In this document: positions 51,584 through 63,203 of the stretch, one piece after another | Layout: every line of letters begins with the position of its first letter | Numbering within the stretch: the stretch's first letter is position 1 | From: Spirochaetota bacterium | Lineage (GTDB): Bacteria > Spirochaetota > UBA12135 > COTS27 > CBDBHE01 | Length of the DNA: 64,000 nt | NCBI GenBank assembly: GCA_965205605.1 | Contig: CBDBHE010000007.1 | Span: forward strand, 192,001 to 256,000 | Direction: 5' to 3' | Made by a program: the position numbers and the translations under genes | The notes under the pieces: model-generated | Told to the model about the DNA's origin: nothing | What the model saw: the letters and a program-made list of their open reading frames with translations, nothing else | Database searches by the model: none

Positions 51584-52528
51584 ATGTTTCGAATCTTTAA
51601 TCAATTCATTAGTTTTTTTACTTATTCCCTTAAAAAAAAGCATCTTTTTATCATGACCCCAAAAGGGAAAAAAAAAACCATTTTTTTTGAAATTTCTAAT
51701 TTAAAAATCTTAATTTTTCTATCTGCTTTTATCATTGTTATTTTCTTAATCATCCCTCATTTAGCTCAAAAATCTCAACTAAAACTAGAGATCAAACAAA
51801 CTCAGATTATTCAAGATAGCTATAAGCAAAAAATTAATAAATATAAAAAATTGATTTCTAAAAACCAATCTCAATTTGAAAAATATTCCAAAGAAGTCAA
51901 CAATATTCTCAATATCTTTGGGGACTTGGGAGAAAATAAAACTCAAACTAAACAAAAAAAAAAATATTTAGAAAGATTTTATGGAGAATACGAACTGGCA
52001 GAAAAATTTGAAACTCCCAAAGAAATTCTTGATTTAAATCAAATTCGTTTTAAAACCATTAAAGCCTTAAAAGATCTTAAAAATATTGATGATTTTATCA
52101 AAATTAGAAAAATTGTGATCAAACATATTCCCACCAAGTGGCCCATTATTGAAAATAAAGGCTATAAAACTTCTTCTTTTGGGGTCCGTAATTCTCCTTT
52201 TTTAGGGAAAGGAGCTTTTCACACAGGCGTTGATATCGCTGCCAAACCCAATACTCCCATTGTTTCATCTGCTGATGGGGTCATTGTTTTTGCTGGGATT
52301 AAAACAGGGTATGGGTTTACCGTCATCATTCAACACAAGTTTGGCTATAAAACTCTTTATGGTCATAATGCAAAACTTTTCGTACGACTTAATCAAAAAG
52401 TACGCAAAGGACAAAAAATCGCTCTTCTTGGCAACACAGGTAGGACGACCGGTTATCACCTTCATTTTGAAGTGAGGATTAATGATGTTCCCGTTGATCC
52501 TTGGCCTTACCTGACCGTGGAAATCTAA
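51584..52528 (+). CDS. M23 peptidase with TM and coiled coil
   Basis: HTGVD; YGH; HLHFEV. Confidence 0.9.
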   Translation: MFRIFNQFISFFTYSLKKKHLFIMTPKGKKKTIFFEISNLKILIFLSAFIIVIFLIIPHLAQKSQLKLEIKQTQIIQDSYKQKINKYKKLISKNQSQFEKYSKEVNNILNIFGDLGENKTQTKQKKKYLERFYGEYELAEKFETPKEILDLNQIRFKTIKALKDLKNIDDFIKIRKIVIKHIPTKWPIIENKGYKTSSFGVRNSPFLGKGAFHTGVDIAAKPNTPIVSSADGVIVFAGIKTGYGFTVIIQHKFGYKTLYGHNAKLFVRLNQKVRKGQKIALLGNTGRTTGYHLHFEVRINDVPVDPWPYLTVEI

Positions 52529-52533
52529 AAACA

Positions 52534-53022
52534 ATGTCTGTTAAAAAAATTCAAAATCAAAGCACTAAAAGCAAAAAATCAAAACCATTTCAAAAAAAAA
52601 AAACTTCCAACTCCTCTCCTTCAAACCAAACCTTTAAAGCTCATTCTACTAACCTCTTCGCTGAAAAACTCGAAATTAAAAAAGAACAAGTCAAACAACA
52701 ATTTATTGAACAAACCATCAAAACCATTGAAACCATCGGTAATAGGCTCTCCCATTACCCAACCACTGAGGATTATCAAAAGTATAAAGAAACCATTACC
52801 CTTTTCTTTCAAAAACTCATTCCAAGTGCTTATGCAATTTCTAAAAGTAGAAGCATGGTTAACCCTCAAACAATGAGACGAAAAGAATTTATTTTAATTA
52901 AAGAAGTCAATGAAGAGCTCGCCAGTCTTTTAAAAATGATTCATCAAAAACAAGCTTCTAATTTAAATATTTTAAGCAAAACCACTACCATTAAAGGGCT
53001 TCTCATTAATCTTTTAAAGTAA
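52534..53022 (+). CDS. YaaR/DUF327 family protein
   Basis: IGNRL..PT...YKE.I..F; IKGLLINL C-terminus. ATG 52534 is preferred over the overlapping TTG start. Confidence 0.75.
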   Translation: MSVKKIQNQSTKSKKSKPFQKKKTSNSSPSNQTFKAHSTNLFAEKLEIKKEQVKQQFIEQTIKTIETIGNRLSHYPTTEDYQKYKETITLFFQKLIPSAYAISKSRSMVNPQTMRRKEFILIKEVNEELASLLKMIHQKQASNLNILSKTTTIKGLLINLLK

Positions 53023-53030
53023 TTATCACC

Positions 53031-54614
53031 TTGGAAATCATCAAACATTTAAAAGAAAGAATTTCAAAAAGTTTAGAAACACTGCTTGACAAAAAAGAAG
53101 CTTTACTTGCCAATCAACTCAACATCGATTTAACTTCTCCTGACAAAAAATATGGGGATTATGCCACTAATATTGCGTTTTCTTGTGCTTCTATTTTAAA
53201 AAAAAATCCTTTTGACATCGCAAAAGCACTTTCTACTAAGATTAAAAGTCCTTTTATTGAAACCATTACTCCTCTTGCTCCGGGGTTTATCAACTTTACT
53301 TTAAATGACGCCTTTAAAACGACCTTTCTAAAAGAAATGGGAGACAAAGATGTTTTAGAAAAAATTAATTTTCATGAAGGGAAAAAAGTCCTTTTAGAAT
53401 ATGTTTCTGCCAATCCAACAGGCCCCCTTCACATTGGGCACGGTAGGTGGGCAGCCATTGGTCATACACTGGCAAACATCCTTTCTTGGACAGGTTATGA
53501 GGTCACAAGAGAGTTTTATGTCAATAATGCAGGCACACAAATAGAAGCATTAAGAGAATCGGTCCAATGTTTAAAAGCAGGCACCCCCCCCCCTTCTGAA
53601 AACTACAACGGAAAGTATCTAAAAGCCTTAAAGAATCAAGATGGCGATCCCATTGAGATTTTATTAGAAGATCAACAAAAAACATTAAAAGCGTTAGGCA
53701 TTGAGTTTGATCATTATTTTAAAGAAAGTACGTTGCACCAAACAAATGCCCCTCAAAACATCTTGGCCCTTCTTAAAAAAAAAGGTCAAACGTATGAAAA
53801 AGAGGGGGCTTTATGGCTAAAGCTCGCTGATAAAGGGGACTTCAAAGACCGTGTCTTAAAAAAATCAGACCATACGCTCACTTATTTTGCCGTTGATATT
53901 GCTTATCATTATGAAAAGCTCAAGCGAAACGTTGATCTTTTAATTAATATTTTTGGAGCAGATCACCATGGATACATTCCAAGAATCAAAGCCGCCGTTA
54001 AACTGCTTTCAAAAGGCAAAACCACCTTTGAAATCATCATCGGTCAGCTCGTGCATTTGTTTAAAAACGGCAAACCCATCAAAATGTCTAAACGCACCGG
54101 TGAGCTCATTACCTTACAAGAAGTCATTGACGAAATTGGAAAAGAAGCCACTCTTTATTATTTAACCATGCGCCCGATCAGCTCTCCTGTAGAGTTTGAC
54201 CTACAAGTTGCCAAAGAAAAAAATATTAACAATCCTCTTTACTATATTCAATATGCCCATGCAAGGATTTGCTCTGTTTTTAAAAAAGCCAGTCGAGAAA
54301 ATCTTCACTCCATTCCAAGAGAATTTTTTAATTACCACCTCATTAAAGATCCTTTAATTGACAACTTAGTGCTTTTAATGATTCAATTTCAAGCAGAAAT
54401 GATCGCTATTAGTAAGTCGTATGAAGTCCATCACTTAAATCGTTTTTTAACTAAAATGGCCTCTGATTTTCATAAAATTTACAATAAACTCACTTTTGTG
54501 AGTATCCAAGAGAGAAAAAAGACTAAGCAATATCTTTTCTTTTTAAAAGAACTTAAAATGATCTTTAAAACAGGGCTCAGTTTTATGGGAATAGAAGCAA
54601 AAGAAGTCATGTAA
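53031..54614 (+). CDS. argS: Arginyl-tRNA synthetase
   Basis: SANPTGPLHIGH; GADHHGY; KMSKR; YIQYAHAR. Confidence 0.96.
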   Translation: MEIIKHLKERISKSLETLLDKKEALLANQLNIDLTSPDKKYGDYATNIAFSCASILKKNPFDIAKALSTKIKSPFIETITPLAPGFINFTLNDAFKTTFLKEMGDKDVLEKINFHEGKKVLLEYVSANPTGPLHIGHGRWAAIGHTLANILSWTGYEVTREFYVNNAGTQIEALRESVQCLKAGTPPPSENYNGKYLKALKNQDGDPIEILLEDQQKTLKALGIEFDHYFKESTLHQTNAPQNILALLKKKGQTYEKEGALWLKLADKGDFKDRVLKKSDHTLTYFAVDIAYHYEKLKRNVDLLINIFGADHHGYIPRIKAAVKLLSKGKTTFEIIIGQLVHLFKNGKPIKMSKRTGELITLQEVIDEIGKEATLYYLTMRPISSPVEFDLQVAKEKNINNPLYYIQYAHARICSVFKKASRENLHSIPREFFNYHLIKDPLIDNLVLLMIQFQAEMIAISKSYEVHHLNRFLTKMASDFHKIYNKLTFVSIQERKKTKQYLFFLKELKMIFKTGLSFMGIEAKEVM

Positions 54615-54717
54615 TTTTTTTTTTTTATTTTTTTTAAACAAAAGAACAAAAATTGACCTTTAGAAAAAATAAAATGAATTTAGTAAAATAAAAATCTTTA
54701 AAAAAAGAAGGGGTATT

Positions 54718-55815
54718 ATGAATAAAAATAAAAAGAATCTTTTAGAAAATACAATTAAAAATCTAGAAAAAGACCATGGAAAAGGGATTGTGATGCGACT
54801 GGGAGATGAACCTTCCAATGAAATTGAAGTCATTTCATCGGGGTCACTTAGTTTAAACAAGGCGTCGGGTATTGGAGGACTGCCAAAAGGAAGAATCATT
54901 GAGATTTATGGACCGGAGTCATCTGGAAAAACAACGATTGCTCTTCATGCGATTGCTGAGGCTCAAAAAACAGGTGGCCTTGCTGCCTTTATTGACGCCG
55001 AACACGCCTTAGATGTCCATTATGCCAAATCCATTGGGGTTGATACAGAAAACCTGTATATTTCTCAACCAAATAACGGAGAACAAGCTCTTGAGATTTT
55101 AGATGAACTCATTTGTTCTCATTCTTTAGATATTATTGTCATTGATTCCGTAGCGGCACTAGTGCCTAAAGCAGAAATTGAAGGCCACATGGGAGATGCT
55201 CAAATGGCTCTTCAAGCCAGGCTCATGAGTCAAGCTCTTAGAAAAATCACAGGTTCTGTTTCTAAAACTAATACTTGTGTTATTTTCATCAATCAGCTTC
55301 GGATGAAAATTGGAGTCTTTTTTGGTAATCCAGAAACCACCACAGGTGGCAATGCTCTCAAGTTTTATACATCGATGCGTCTTGATATTAGAAAAATTGA
55401 AACGCTTAAAAAAGGAGATGAAATCATCGGATCTAAAATCAAAGTCAAAGTCGTTAAAAATAAATTAGCCGCTCCTTTTAAGCTAGCTATTTTTGAGATT
55501 TATTATGGAGAAGGGATTTCAAAAATATCTGAAATCTTAAACTTGGGTGTTGCAGAGGGAGTGATCGAAAAATCAGGATCATGGTTTTCTTATCAAGGAG
55601 AACGCTTGGGTCAAGGGCTGGAAAATGTGAAAAAACAACTCAAAGAAAATCAAGCTCTTTATAAAACCATCGAGCAACAAGTCATCAACTCTCAAAAAAT
55701 AGACTCTAAAAAACCAGTCGATCAACCAAAAATAAAAAACCTTAAGCCTCCCCCAAACCTCTCCGATCAAATCGAACAAGATAAAACTAAAATGAATAAA
55801 AATACTTATTTCTAA
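54718..55815 (+). CDS. recA: Recombinase A
   Basis: GPESSGKTT; DSVAAL; [10 protein letters not shown]; [15 protein letters not shown]. Confidence 0.98.
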   Translation: MNKNKKNLLENTIKNLEKDHGKGIVMRLGDEPSNEIEVISSGSLSLNKASGIGGLPKGRIIEIYGPESSGKTTIALHAIAEAQKTGGLAAFIDAEHALDVHYAKSIGVDTENLYISQPNNGEQALEILDELICSHSLDIIVIDSVAALVPKAEIEGHMGDAQMALQARLMSQALRKITGSVSKTNTCVIFINQLRMKIGVFFGNPETTTGGNALKFYTSMRLDIRKIETLKKGDEIIGSKIKVKVVKNKLAAPFKLAIFEIYYGEGISKISEILNLGVAEGVIEKSGSWFSYQGERLGQGLENVKKQLKENQALYKTIEQQVINSQKIDSKKPVDQPKIKNLKPPPNLSDQIEQDKTKMNKNTYF

Positions 55816-55820
55816 AACAA

Positions 55821-57029
55821 ATGCAAACAGAATCTATTTTCTACGACCAAGACTTGGATTTCCCAATCGGCTACCAAGCTTTAAGTCTCCCTTTAGGGAT
55901 TAAACAAAAAAAAAAAGAAGACTCTTCTATTTTAACAACCTTAGATAAAATGACAGTTTGCGCTTGTTTTTCCCAAAATGACTTTAGATCGGTTGCTATT
56001 GAAGATACTTTATCCAAAATCAACTCTCCTCAAAAAATTATGGCTGTTTTTTCCGGTAACGCCAATGCCTGTACCGGTAAAGCCGCTAAACAAGCCGTCG
56101 ATACCCTTTGTGAATCTCTGGCAACTCTTTTTACCTGCTCTTCAAAAGAAGTCATTCTTTCTTTTACAGGTCTTGTCGCTTCTCCTTTTCCTACTCAAAA
56201 AGTACTCAAAGGTTTATCCAAGTTAAAAAAAAAAATCTCTCAAAATAAAAAAACAGCTTTTTTTTCTAAAGGCATCCTCACCACCGATAGCAAAGAAAAA
56301 AAAATCGCTTATAAAACCACCTTCGAAGGAAAAGAAGTCCGTTTTGCCGGCTGTGTCAAAGGAGCGGGGATGATTCATCCCAATATGGCAACCATGCTCG
56401 CTTTTATCACAACCGATCTAGACATCTCAAAAAATGATTTAAATGAAATCTTAATAGCAAGCTTACAAGACTCTTTTAATGCCATTTCTGTCGATGGACA
56501 AACTTCTACCAATGATAGCTTTTTTTTAATCGCCAATGGAGAAAGTGGAGCTTGTTATCAAAAAGCAAAACATCAAAAAAAACTTGAAACCATTATTTCT
56601 AAAATGAGTCTTTATTTAGCAAAAGAAATTGTCACCCACGCCGAAGGAGCCAGTAAACTAATCCAAATCTGCGTTAAGCAAGCTCTTTCTAAAAACAGAG
56701 CCATTATTGCCGCTAAAAGCATTGCCACTTCTCTTTTATTTAAGACCGCTATTTTTGGAATGGATCCTAACTATGGACGTATTTTAGTCGCTCTTGGAAG
56801 TTGTGGTTTGGACTTAAAAATTGCTAATATTTCTATCCTTTTTGGCCCCCACCTTCTTTTTGCTAATAACAAGCTCGCTGAAAAAAATCTGAAAAAAGCA
56901 AAACAATATTTACAACAAAAAGAAATCACCATCACTATCAAACTCAGCGAAGGTAAATCTCAAACTTCCTTTTATACCTGTGATTTATCTTACAATTATA
57001 TCAAGCTAAATAGTGAATACCCAACATAG
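55821..57029 (+). CDS. argJ: Ornithine acetyltransferase
   Basis: SGNANACTG; KGAGMIHPNMATML; DGQTSTND; EGASK; CDLS. Confidence 0.93.
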   Translation: MQTESIFYDQDLDFPIGYQALSLPLGIKQKKKEDSSILTTLDKMTVCACFSQNDFRSVAIEDTLSKINSPQKIMAVFSGNANACTGKAAKQAVDTLCESLATLFTCSSKEVILSFTGLVASPFPTQKVLKGLSKLKKKISQNKKTAFFSKGILTTDSKEKKIAYKTTFEGKEVRFAGCVKGAGMIHPNMATMLAFITTDLDISKNDLNEILIASLQDSFNAISVDGQTSTNDSFFLIANGESGACYQKAKHQKKLETIISKMSLYLAKEIVTHAEGASKLIQICVKQALSKNRAIIAAKSIATSLLFKTAIFGMDPNYGRILVALGSCGLDLKIANISILFGPHLLFANNKLAEKNLKKAKQYLQQKEITITIKLSEGKSQTSFYTCDLSYNYIKLNSEYPT

Positions 57030-57039
57030 TTTTTTTTAG

Positions 57040-57430
57040 TAACGATATACTTTTTTCTACTAGCTTTATCCGAAAGGATATTGATAAAAATAAAAGAAAA
57101 ATTTAACGAAATCAATAATAAAGTTTTTGTTTAAAATATAGATTGATTTTTTCAACCCATATTGACACACTAAAAAACCTTTTCTCCCCTATCAAGATGA
57201 GGCTGTGCTTAAAGCTATTGAAGAGCCATTTTTAACCACTTGATTAGTACTTGATAAGGCAGGCTACTTTTATTGTAAAAAATTGTAAAAAAAAAACAAT
57301 ATGGGGTTCGTTATTATCTAGTAGGAAATCGAAGCCACCTTTTAGGAGTCGATTGTGTTTATAGAGCAAATAACCTACTCGAAGAAATACAAATAACCAA
57401 CGAAAGGATCATCACTTTAATTAAATTTTT
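57040..57430 (+). pseudogene. Decayed ORF of unknown function
   Basis: Protein-like frame with stops: PYQDEAVLKAIEEPFLTT*LVLDKAGYFYCKKL*...GVRYYLVGNRSHLLGVD. Boundaries are approximate. Confidence 0.35.
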
Positions 57431-57636
57431 AATTTTTTTCATAATCTTTTAATAACTTTTTTATTTAACATGTTACCTATTTAAGATAGGATTTATTTAA
57501 TTTCAAATAAATTAATACATTCCTATTTTTTTTTAAAAAAAAGTACTCTTTTAATCATTTTTTGATTATATTATTTTTTAGAAGATAAAAAAATAACGTT
57601 AAACAAAAATAACATTAAACAAAATAAGGAACCTCT

Positions 57637-57963
57637 ATGACTAATGAAAAAATTAAAATATTAAACGAAGCTAATTTTAAAGACCATATTGAAAAAGGAG
57701 TTACTATGGTTGATTTTTGGGCCGGGTGGTGTGGTCCTTGTCGAGCTCAAAGTCCAATTTTAGATCAAATAGCCGAAAAAATACAAGATGAACATGTTTC
57801 AATTTGCAAAGTGAATGTTGATGAAAATCAAAAAATTGCTCAAGAATATGAAGTCATGAGCATTCCCACCATTGTTTTATTTAAAGATGGAAAAGTCAGT
57901 AAGCAGCTCGTTGGACTGCAAGAAGAAGAGATTTTAGAAAAAGCCATTAATGAAATAAAATAA
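57637..57963 (+). CDS. trxA: Thioredoxin
   Basis: WCGPC; SIPT. Confidence 0.95.
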   Translation: MTNEKIKILNEANFKDHIEKGVTMVDFWAGWCGPCRAQSPILDQIAEKIQDEHVSICKVNVDENQKIAQEYEVMSIPTIVLFKDGKVSKQLVGLQEEEILEKAINEIK

Positions 57964-58089
57964 TTTAATTTATTTATTCTTTTTTTTTTTCTTAAAAAAA
58001 ACTCAAGAAGTTTTTTAACAAGACGACAAAGTATAAAAAGATCTTTACATAAAAATGTAAAAATTTTTAAAATTGATATCAAGTCAATC

Positions 58090-60564
58090 TTGTTGAACCC
58101 TAAAAAAACAAAACATTATCTTTTTATAGGAACTGGCATTATTCTTTTTTTAATGTTTGCCTCGTATGAAAATGGCAATTTAAAAAGCAATCTATTTGGG
58201 GCGTTTGGGCACCATACTTCTCATTTTTTAGTCCACAAAGTGTGGGGGCTGACGGCTTTTTTTTTTCCGTTTGCTTTTTTTTTCATTGGGTATCAAGGGC
58301 TAAAGCAAAAATTAGATATTAACAAACTACTTTCAAAACTTTACTTTGGATTTTTATTTATTTTTAGTTTAAATCTTTTTTTACTCAACACTCCCTTAAT
58401 CAACACTTCTTTTTCAGGTTTATTTACCATGGTTTTTCATGCCTTTTTAATTAACTTTTTTGGGGAATCAAGCAAACCCACCCTCGGATCTCTTTTAATT
58501 GAAAGCATGGTGCTGTCTCTTTCTTTTATTTATTTTTATAAAAGCTTTAGCTTTTGGTTTAAAAAAATGGATCAAAAAGAATGGGTGAGCTTTGTCAAAA
58601 ATAAACTCCGTCAGTCAGGTAAAAATATTAAATCGTTATCAAAAGATATGAAGCTAGATAAAGAACAAATTGATCCAAAATTATTACAAGATTTTCCTTT
58701 GATTGCCCGTGTGAGAAGAGATGATCAAGGGATCATTTACCCTTATCAAACACTAAAAACAACCGAAAACTCCCCCCCCCAAACCAAAGTTTCTACTGAA
58801 GCCAATCAAACTTTAAAGGACTCCCAAGCACTAAAAAATGACTCTCTCGATACTTCAGATTTCTACCTCTCAAACATTTCTTATGAGCATGAAACAAATT
58901 CACAAGAAGCAATCGATATTGATTTAAGTCTTAGTAAGTTGTTTTCAACAAAAAAAAAAATTAGTCTCTATGAATCTGAGACGGAGCCTGTAAACAACCC
59001 CCTGCTAAATGACCCTTCTCTTATTGTAAACCATCAGAACGAACAAGTTCCAAAAAAAACAGACCCTTTAGAAAAAATGCCTCTTGTTTTAAACCTTTTT
59101 GAAACAGAAACCCATGAGTATGCTTTGATCATAAAAAACTTGAAAGCGAATACCAATCTTTTAGTCAAGATGCAAACCTCTGTAAATCAAAATTCTCATA
59201 AAAATCATTTAATCATTAAAGAAGTTTCGAAAAAATTAGAAGAAACCATTCGTCAATTTGGCATTGATACAAAAGTCGTCTCTGTTTCTATAGGCCCTGT
59301 GATCACTCAATACGAACTAACCGTTGAGCCAGGGGTTAAGATTTCTAAAATTGTCAACCTTTCAGATAACATCGCTCTTTCTTTAGCAGCCAAATCGATA
59401 CGAATCGTAGCTCCTATTCCAGGAAAGTCGGTCATTGGCATTGAAGTCCCTAACTTAAACAGAGAAAATGTTTTTTTACGAGATATTGTAGAAAGCCAGC
59501 ATTTTAAACAAACTCATTTTACATTACCGATTGCCCTTGGGAAATCTCTTTTTGGCAAAGCGGTGATCACTGATTTAAGAGACACGCCTCATTTACTGAT
59601 TGCAGGAGCAACAGGGAGTGGAAAATCAGTTTGTGTCAATTCGATTATTTGTTCACTACTTTTTAAATGCTCCCCCAAAGAAGTGCGATTTTTAATGATT
59701 GATCCTAAAATGGTCGAGCTCAATATCTATAACGGCATCCCCCACTTACTTTGTCCTGTCATCACTAATCCCAAACAAGCATCTGCTTCACTACGGTGGG
59801 TCCTCCAAGAAATGGAAGCTCGCTATTATTTATTAGAAAAATATCAAGTCAGAAGCATTCATTCTTACAATAAGATTATCAAAGAAAAAAAAATGTTTCA
59901 AACAGACCCTGAACAAAAAATCGGCACCTTACCTTATATTGTCGTCATTATTGATGAGTTTGCTGATTTAATGATCACCTCTAAAAAAGAAGTCGAAGAT
60001 CACATCACAAGACTCGCTGCTATGAGTCGTGCCATTGGCATTCACTTGATTTTAGCCACTCAAAGACCTAGTGTTGACGTCATTACAGGTGTCATCAAAG
60101 CTAACTTCCCATCAAGAATCGCTTTTCAAGTTCCTTCTAAAATTGACTCAAGGACTATTTTAGATACCGGTGGTGGAGAAAAATTACTCGGTAAAGGGGA
60201 TATGCTTTTTCAATCCGTCAAACATTATGCCCCTGAGCGCATTCAAGGAAACTTCCTCTCTGATGAAGAAGTCCATCAAATTACTTCTGATTTGAAAGAT
60301 AAAACTAAAGACTATCCCCAAAGTAATTTAATTCATCTTCCAAAAGACAATCTTAATGAAGCCTCTTCGGTAGGCGAAGTTGATGATGTGCTTTACGAAC
60401 AAGCTTTAAAAATGATTCAACATGAAAGAAAAGTTTCTGCTTCTTATTTACAAAGAAAATTAAAAATAGGTTATAATAGATCAGCTCGCTTAGTGGAAAT
60501 GATGGAAGAAAGAGGTCTCATTGGACCTGCTGATGGGTCAAAACCACGAGAAATTTATTTATAA
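58090..60564 (+). CDS. ftsK: DNA translocase FtsK
   Basis: N-terminal TMs; PHLLIAGATGSGKS; IDEFADL; LATQRPSVDV; gamma domain LQRKLKIGYNRSAR. Confidence 0.96.
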   Translation: MLNPKKTKHYLFIGTGIILFLMFASYENGNLKSNLFGAFGHHTSHFLVHKVWGLTAFFFPFAFFFIGYQGLKQKLDINKLLSKLYFGFLFIFSLNLFLLNTPLINTSFSGLFTMVFHAFLINFFGESSKPTLGSLLIESMVLSLSFIYFYKSFSFWFKKMDQKEWVSFVKNKLRQSGKNIKSLSKDMKLDKEQIDPKLLQDFPLIARVRRDDQGIIYPYQTLKTTENSPPQTKVSTEANQTLKDSQALKNDSLDTSDFYLSNISYEHETNSQEAIDIDLSLSKLFSTKKKISLYESETEPVNNPLLNDPSLIVNHQNEQVPKKTDPLEKMPLVLNLFETETHEYALIIKNLKANTNLLVKMQTSVNQNSHKNHLIIKEVSKKLEETIRQFGIDTKVVSVSIGPVITQYELTVEPGVKISKIVNLSDNIALSLAAKSIRIVAPIPGKSVIGIEVPNLNRENVFLRDIVESQHFKQTHFTLPIALGKSLFGKAVITDLRDTPHLLIAGATGSGKSVCVNSIICSLLFKCSPKEVRFLMIDPKMVELNIYNGIPHLLCPVITNPKQASASLRWVLQEMEARYYLLEKYQVRSIHSYNKIIKEKKMFQTDPEQKIGTLPYIVVIIDEFADLMITSKKEVEDHITRLAAMSRAIGIHLILATQRPSVDVITGVIKANFPSRIAFQVPSKIDSRTILDTGGGEKLLGKGDMLFQSVKHYAPERIQGNFLSDEEVHQITSDLKDKTKDYPQSNLIHLPKDNLNEASSVGEVDDVLYEQALKMIQHERKVSASYLQRKLKIGYNRSARLVEMMEERGLIGPADGSKPREIYL

Positions 60565-60596
60565 ATCTAAAAAATATCAATTTTTTTTAAAATCTA

Positions 60597-61334
60597 ATGA
60601 AACCATTTGTTTTTTTCATTCTCTTAATCATTAATATTTTATTGGCTAATAATAAAGCTAATAATGAAATATCACTAACAGAACCTCGTGATATTGTTAA
60701 ACTAATGATCCATAAATACAATTCTTACAAAAACTACGAAGCCGCTTTTAAAGAAATCAATCAAGGTCGTTTTCGAAAAGGAAAAATTTTTCTTAAAAAA
60801 CCTGAAAAATTATACATTCAATACTTAAGTGGCCGTAAGCCTACCATCGAAATCTTTGTTTCTGCAAGCAAACTATATGTTTATTTCAAAAGAATTCAGA
60901 TTGTTTGTGAACAAGATTTAAACCTCATAGAAGATAAAGAAAAAATCTTTAACTCAAAGACAACTTCTTTAAATCGACTCATCAAACGCTATCATTTTGA
61001 ATTTGTTAGTTCAAGGAAAGCCATTGATGTTTTAAGCCCACAAGAAAAAATTAAGTTTAATTCTTATCAAAATCTCAAAGGTTATCACCTAAGATTAACC
61101 TCAAAAGATGTTTCTTTAGGGCTTGCCAATATGGAGCTTTGGGTCAGTCCCGCAGGTCTCATTATCCGTAGTAAAGCCATTTCTATTGATAAAAAAGTGA
61201 CTGATATTTTATTTTATAATATCAAAATTGGTGGATTTATCCCCAGTAGTAAATTTGAATTTGAAGTACCAATCACCGCTCAAATCGTCAAAAATACCCT
61301 TATGGATTTAAACGAAACTCAAAAGAAAAACTAA
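60597..61334 (+). CDS. lolA: LolA-family lipoprotein carrier
   Basis: Signal peptide; GKIFLKKP.K..I.Y; FEFEVP; position directly after ftsK. Confidence 0.7.
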   Translation: MKPFVFFILLIINILLANNKANNEISLTEPRDIVKLMIHKYNSYKNYEAAFKEINQGRFRKGKIFLKKPEKLYIQYLSGRKPTIEIFVSASKLYVYFKRIQIVCEQDLNLIEDKEKIFNSKTTSLNRLIKRYHFEFVSSRKAIDVLSPQEKIKFNSYQNLKGYHLRLTSKDVSLGLANMELWVSPAGLIIRSKAISIDKKVTDILFYNIKIGGFIPSSKFEFEVPITAQIVKNTLMDLNETQKKN

Positions 61335-61338
61335 AATA

Positions 61339-62490
61339 ATGGAAGAAAAATTAGTTAGCACAATCTTAAAACAAGCCAGACTTAAACAAAATATTAATCT
61401 ATCAGACCTCTCCACAAAAACTAAAATCCCAACCAATATTTTGAAACATATTGAAAATGGAGCCTATACAAACACCCCTGCAAAAGTCTATCTCTATGGT
61501 TTCGTTGAAAACCTTTGTGAATACTTCCTTTTAGATGAAAAAATCATCATTGAAAAACTTAAAAACGAAATCAAAACCAACGAAAAAAAAGAAGAAAAAG
61601 AAGCTTTAAACACCATTATTAACCCAGAAAAAACATCTCTTTTAGAAAAAGTAAACTGGTTAAAACACAAGCTTCAAATCAGCTTTTACTTTTTAACTAA
61701 AGATAAAAAAAGACGAATTATTACTTCATCCATCTTAGTCATTTTAATCTTCATCTTTCTTAGTACCCAAAGTAAAAACCCAACCATTCTTGAAATCAGT
61801 GAAAACCACAAAAAGAACACTTATAAAATGCTACAAAAAACAGGGACTTTTGATTTGAAAATTAAAGATTCTGTTGAAATCAACCATCAAGAAATAAAAG
61901 CAATCTTTAACATTCAAAGCGTCGAAAATGATATTATTTTTATTAAAATCAATGAAACTGAGCAAAATATTTATTTAAAACTCAATGAAAGGTTCTTTGT
62001 CGACATTAATGAAGATGGTCAAAATGATATCGAATTACACCTTAAAGAAATCATTGAAAATTCTTTAAAATTACAGTTTAATGTCCTCAATTATGAAGCA
62101 CAAGAGCTTAGTTATGAAGAAATCTGGGTAACAAAAAAACCCATTACTGTGGGAAAAAATTATACTCTTCTAAAATACCAAAAAAAAACACCCATCGAAA
62201 TCTATTTAAAAGCTCAAAGACAACCTAGCTATGTTAGTTATAACATTGATGGGAAACGACAAAACTCTAAAAATATCAAACCAGGCGAAGATTTAAACAT
62301 TGACGCTGAAGAACATATCGAAATCCAATTAGGAAATTATCGTTCTCTTATTATCATGATTAATAAACAACCCATTGATTTAACCTTAGAAAACAACACC
62401 AAGTTTAGTATCACCAAAATTATCAAATGGCTCGCTGATCCTAATAATGAAACTAAATTTAATCTCATTATTAAAGATTACGTTAACTAA
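61339..62490 (+). CDS. RodZ-like HTH membrane protein
   Basis: LKQARL...TKI..LKHIENG...YLYGFV; single TM; position in the ftsK-lolA-rodZ-pgsA block. Confidence 0.75.
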   Translation: MEEKLVSTILKQARLKQNINLSDLSTKTKIPTNILKHIENGAYTNTPAKVYLYGFVENLCEYFLLDEKIIIEKLKNEIKTNEKKEEKEALNTIINPEKTSLLEKVNWLKHKLQISFYFLTKDKKRRIITSSILVILIFIFLSTQSKNPTILEISENHKKNTYKMLQKTGTFDLKIKDSVEINHQEIKAIFNIQSVENDIIFIKINETEQNIYLKLNERFFVDINEDGQNDIELHLKEIIENSLKLQFNVLNYEAQELSYEEIWVTKKPITVGKNYTLLKYQKKTPIEIYLKAQRQPSYVSYNIDGKRQNSKNIKPGEDLNIDAEEHIEIQLGNYRSLIIMINKQPIDLTLENNTKFSITKIIKWLADPNNETKFNLIIKDYVN

Positions 62491-62493
62491 CTC

Positions 62494-63183
62494 ATGTTTT
62501 CTTTTCCCAATTTACTTACTTTTTCACGGTTTCTCATTGCCCCTTTTTTCGTGTATTTTCTTTTAAGTGAAGCAAGTTTTCAAAGCGACATCTTTAGACT
62601 CCTATTGGTCCTATTTTTATTTACTCTTGCCGCTTTTACTGATTTTTACGACGGGTATTTTGCTAGAAAAAAAAAAAAAATCTCTAAATTAGGCACTTTC
62701 CTAGACCCTTTAGCTGACAAGGTTCTTATTTTAAGTGCTTTTATTAGTCTTTTATTTGTAAAAGAAATTTATCTTCCTGCTATTTTTGTAATCCTAATTT
62801 GTTTTCGTGAGATCGTGATTACCTTGATCCGGTGTTTTGCTTTAATCAAGAACAAGCCCTTGAAAACAGAATATCACGGAAAAGTTAAAACCGCCTTTCA
62901 ATTTATTTCTCTTGGGATGACTTGGCTTTATTTATTTGCCTACACCTTAATTATCAACACCAAACCTTTTAAAGACTTCCTCTTATCAAACCCTATTTCT
63001 GATACTGATTTTCACCCCAACTTACTCATTGAAATCAATGAAAGTCTCCAGATCACTTCTAAATGGAGCTTTTTAATTTTAAAATGGCTCCCTTCTTTTT
63101 TTCTAATCATCAGTTGTGCGATCACGCTTTATTCAGGATATCAATACATTTTGATTAACCGAAAGTTCATTATAAAAAAATAA
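62494..63183 (+). CDS. pgsA: CDP-diacylglycerol--glycerol-3-phosphate phosphatidyltransferase
   Basis: PNLLTFSR; TDFYDGYFAR; GTFLDPLADK; GKVKTAFQ. Confidence 0.93.
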   Translation: MFSFPNLLTFSRFLIAPFFVYFLLSEASFQSDIFRLLLVLFLFTLAAFTDFYDGYFARKKKKISKLGTFLDPLADKVLILSAFISLLFVKEIYLPAIFVILICFREIVITLIRCFALIKNKPLKTEYHGKVKTAFQFISLGMTWLYLFAYTLIINTKPFKDFLLSNPISDTDFHPNLLIEINESLQITSKWSFLILKWLPSFFLIISCAITLYSGYQYILINRKFIIKK

Positions 63184-63203
63184 TTTTTATTTTCTTTTTT
63201 TAA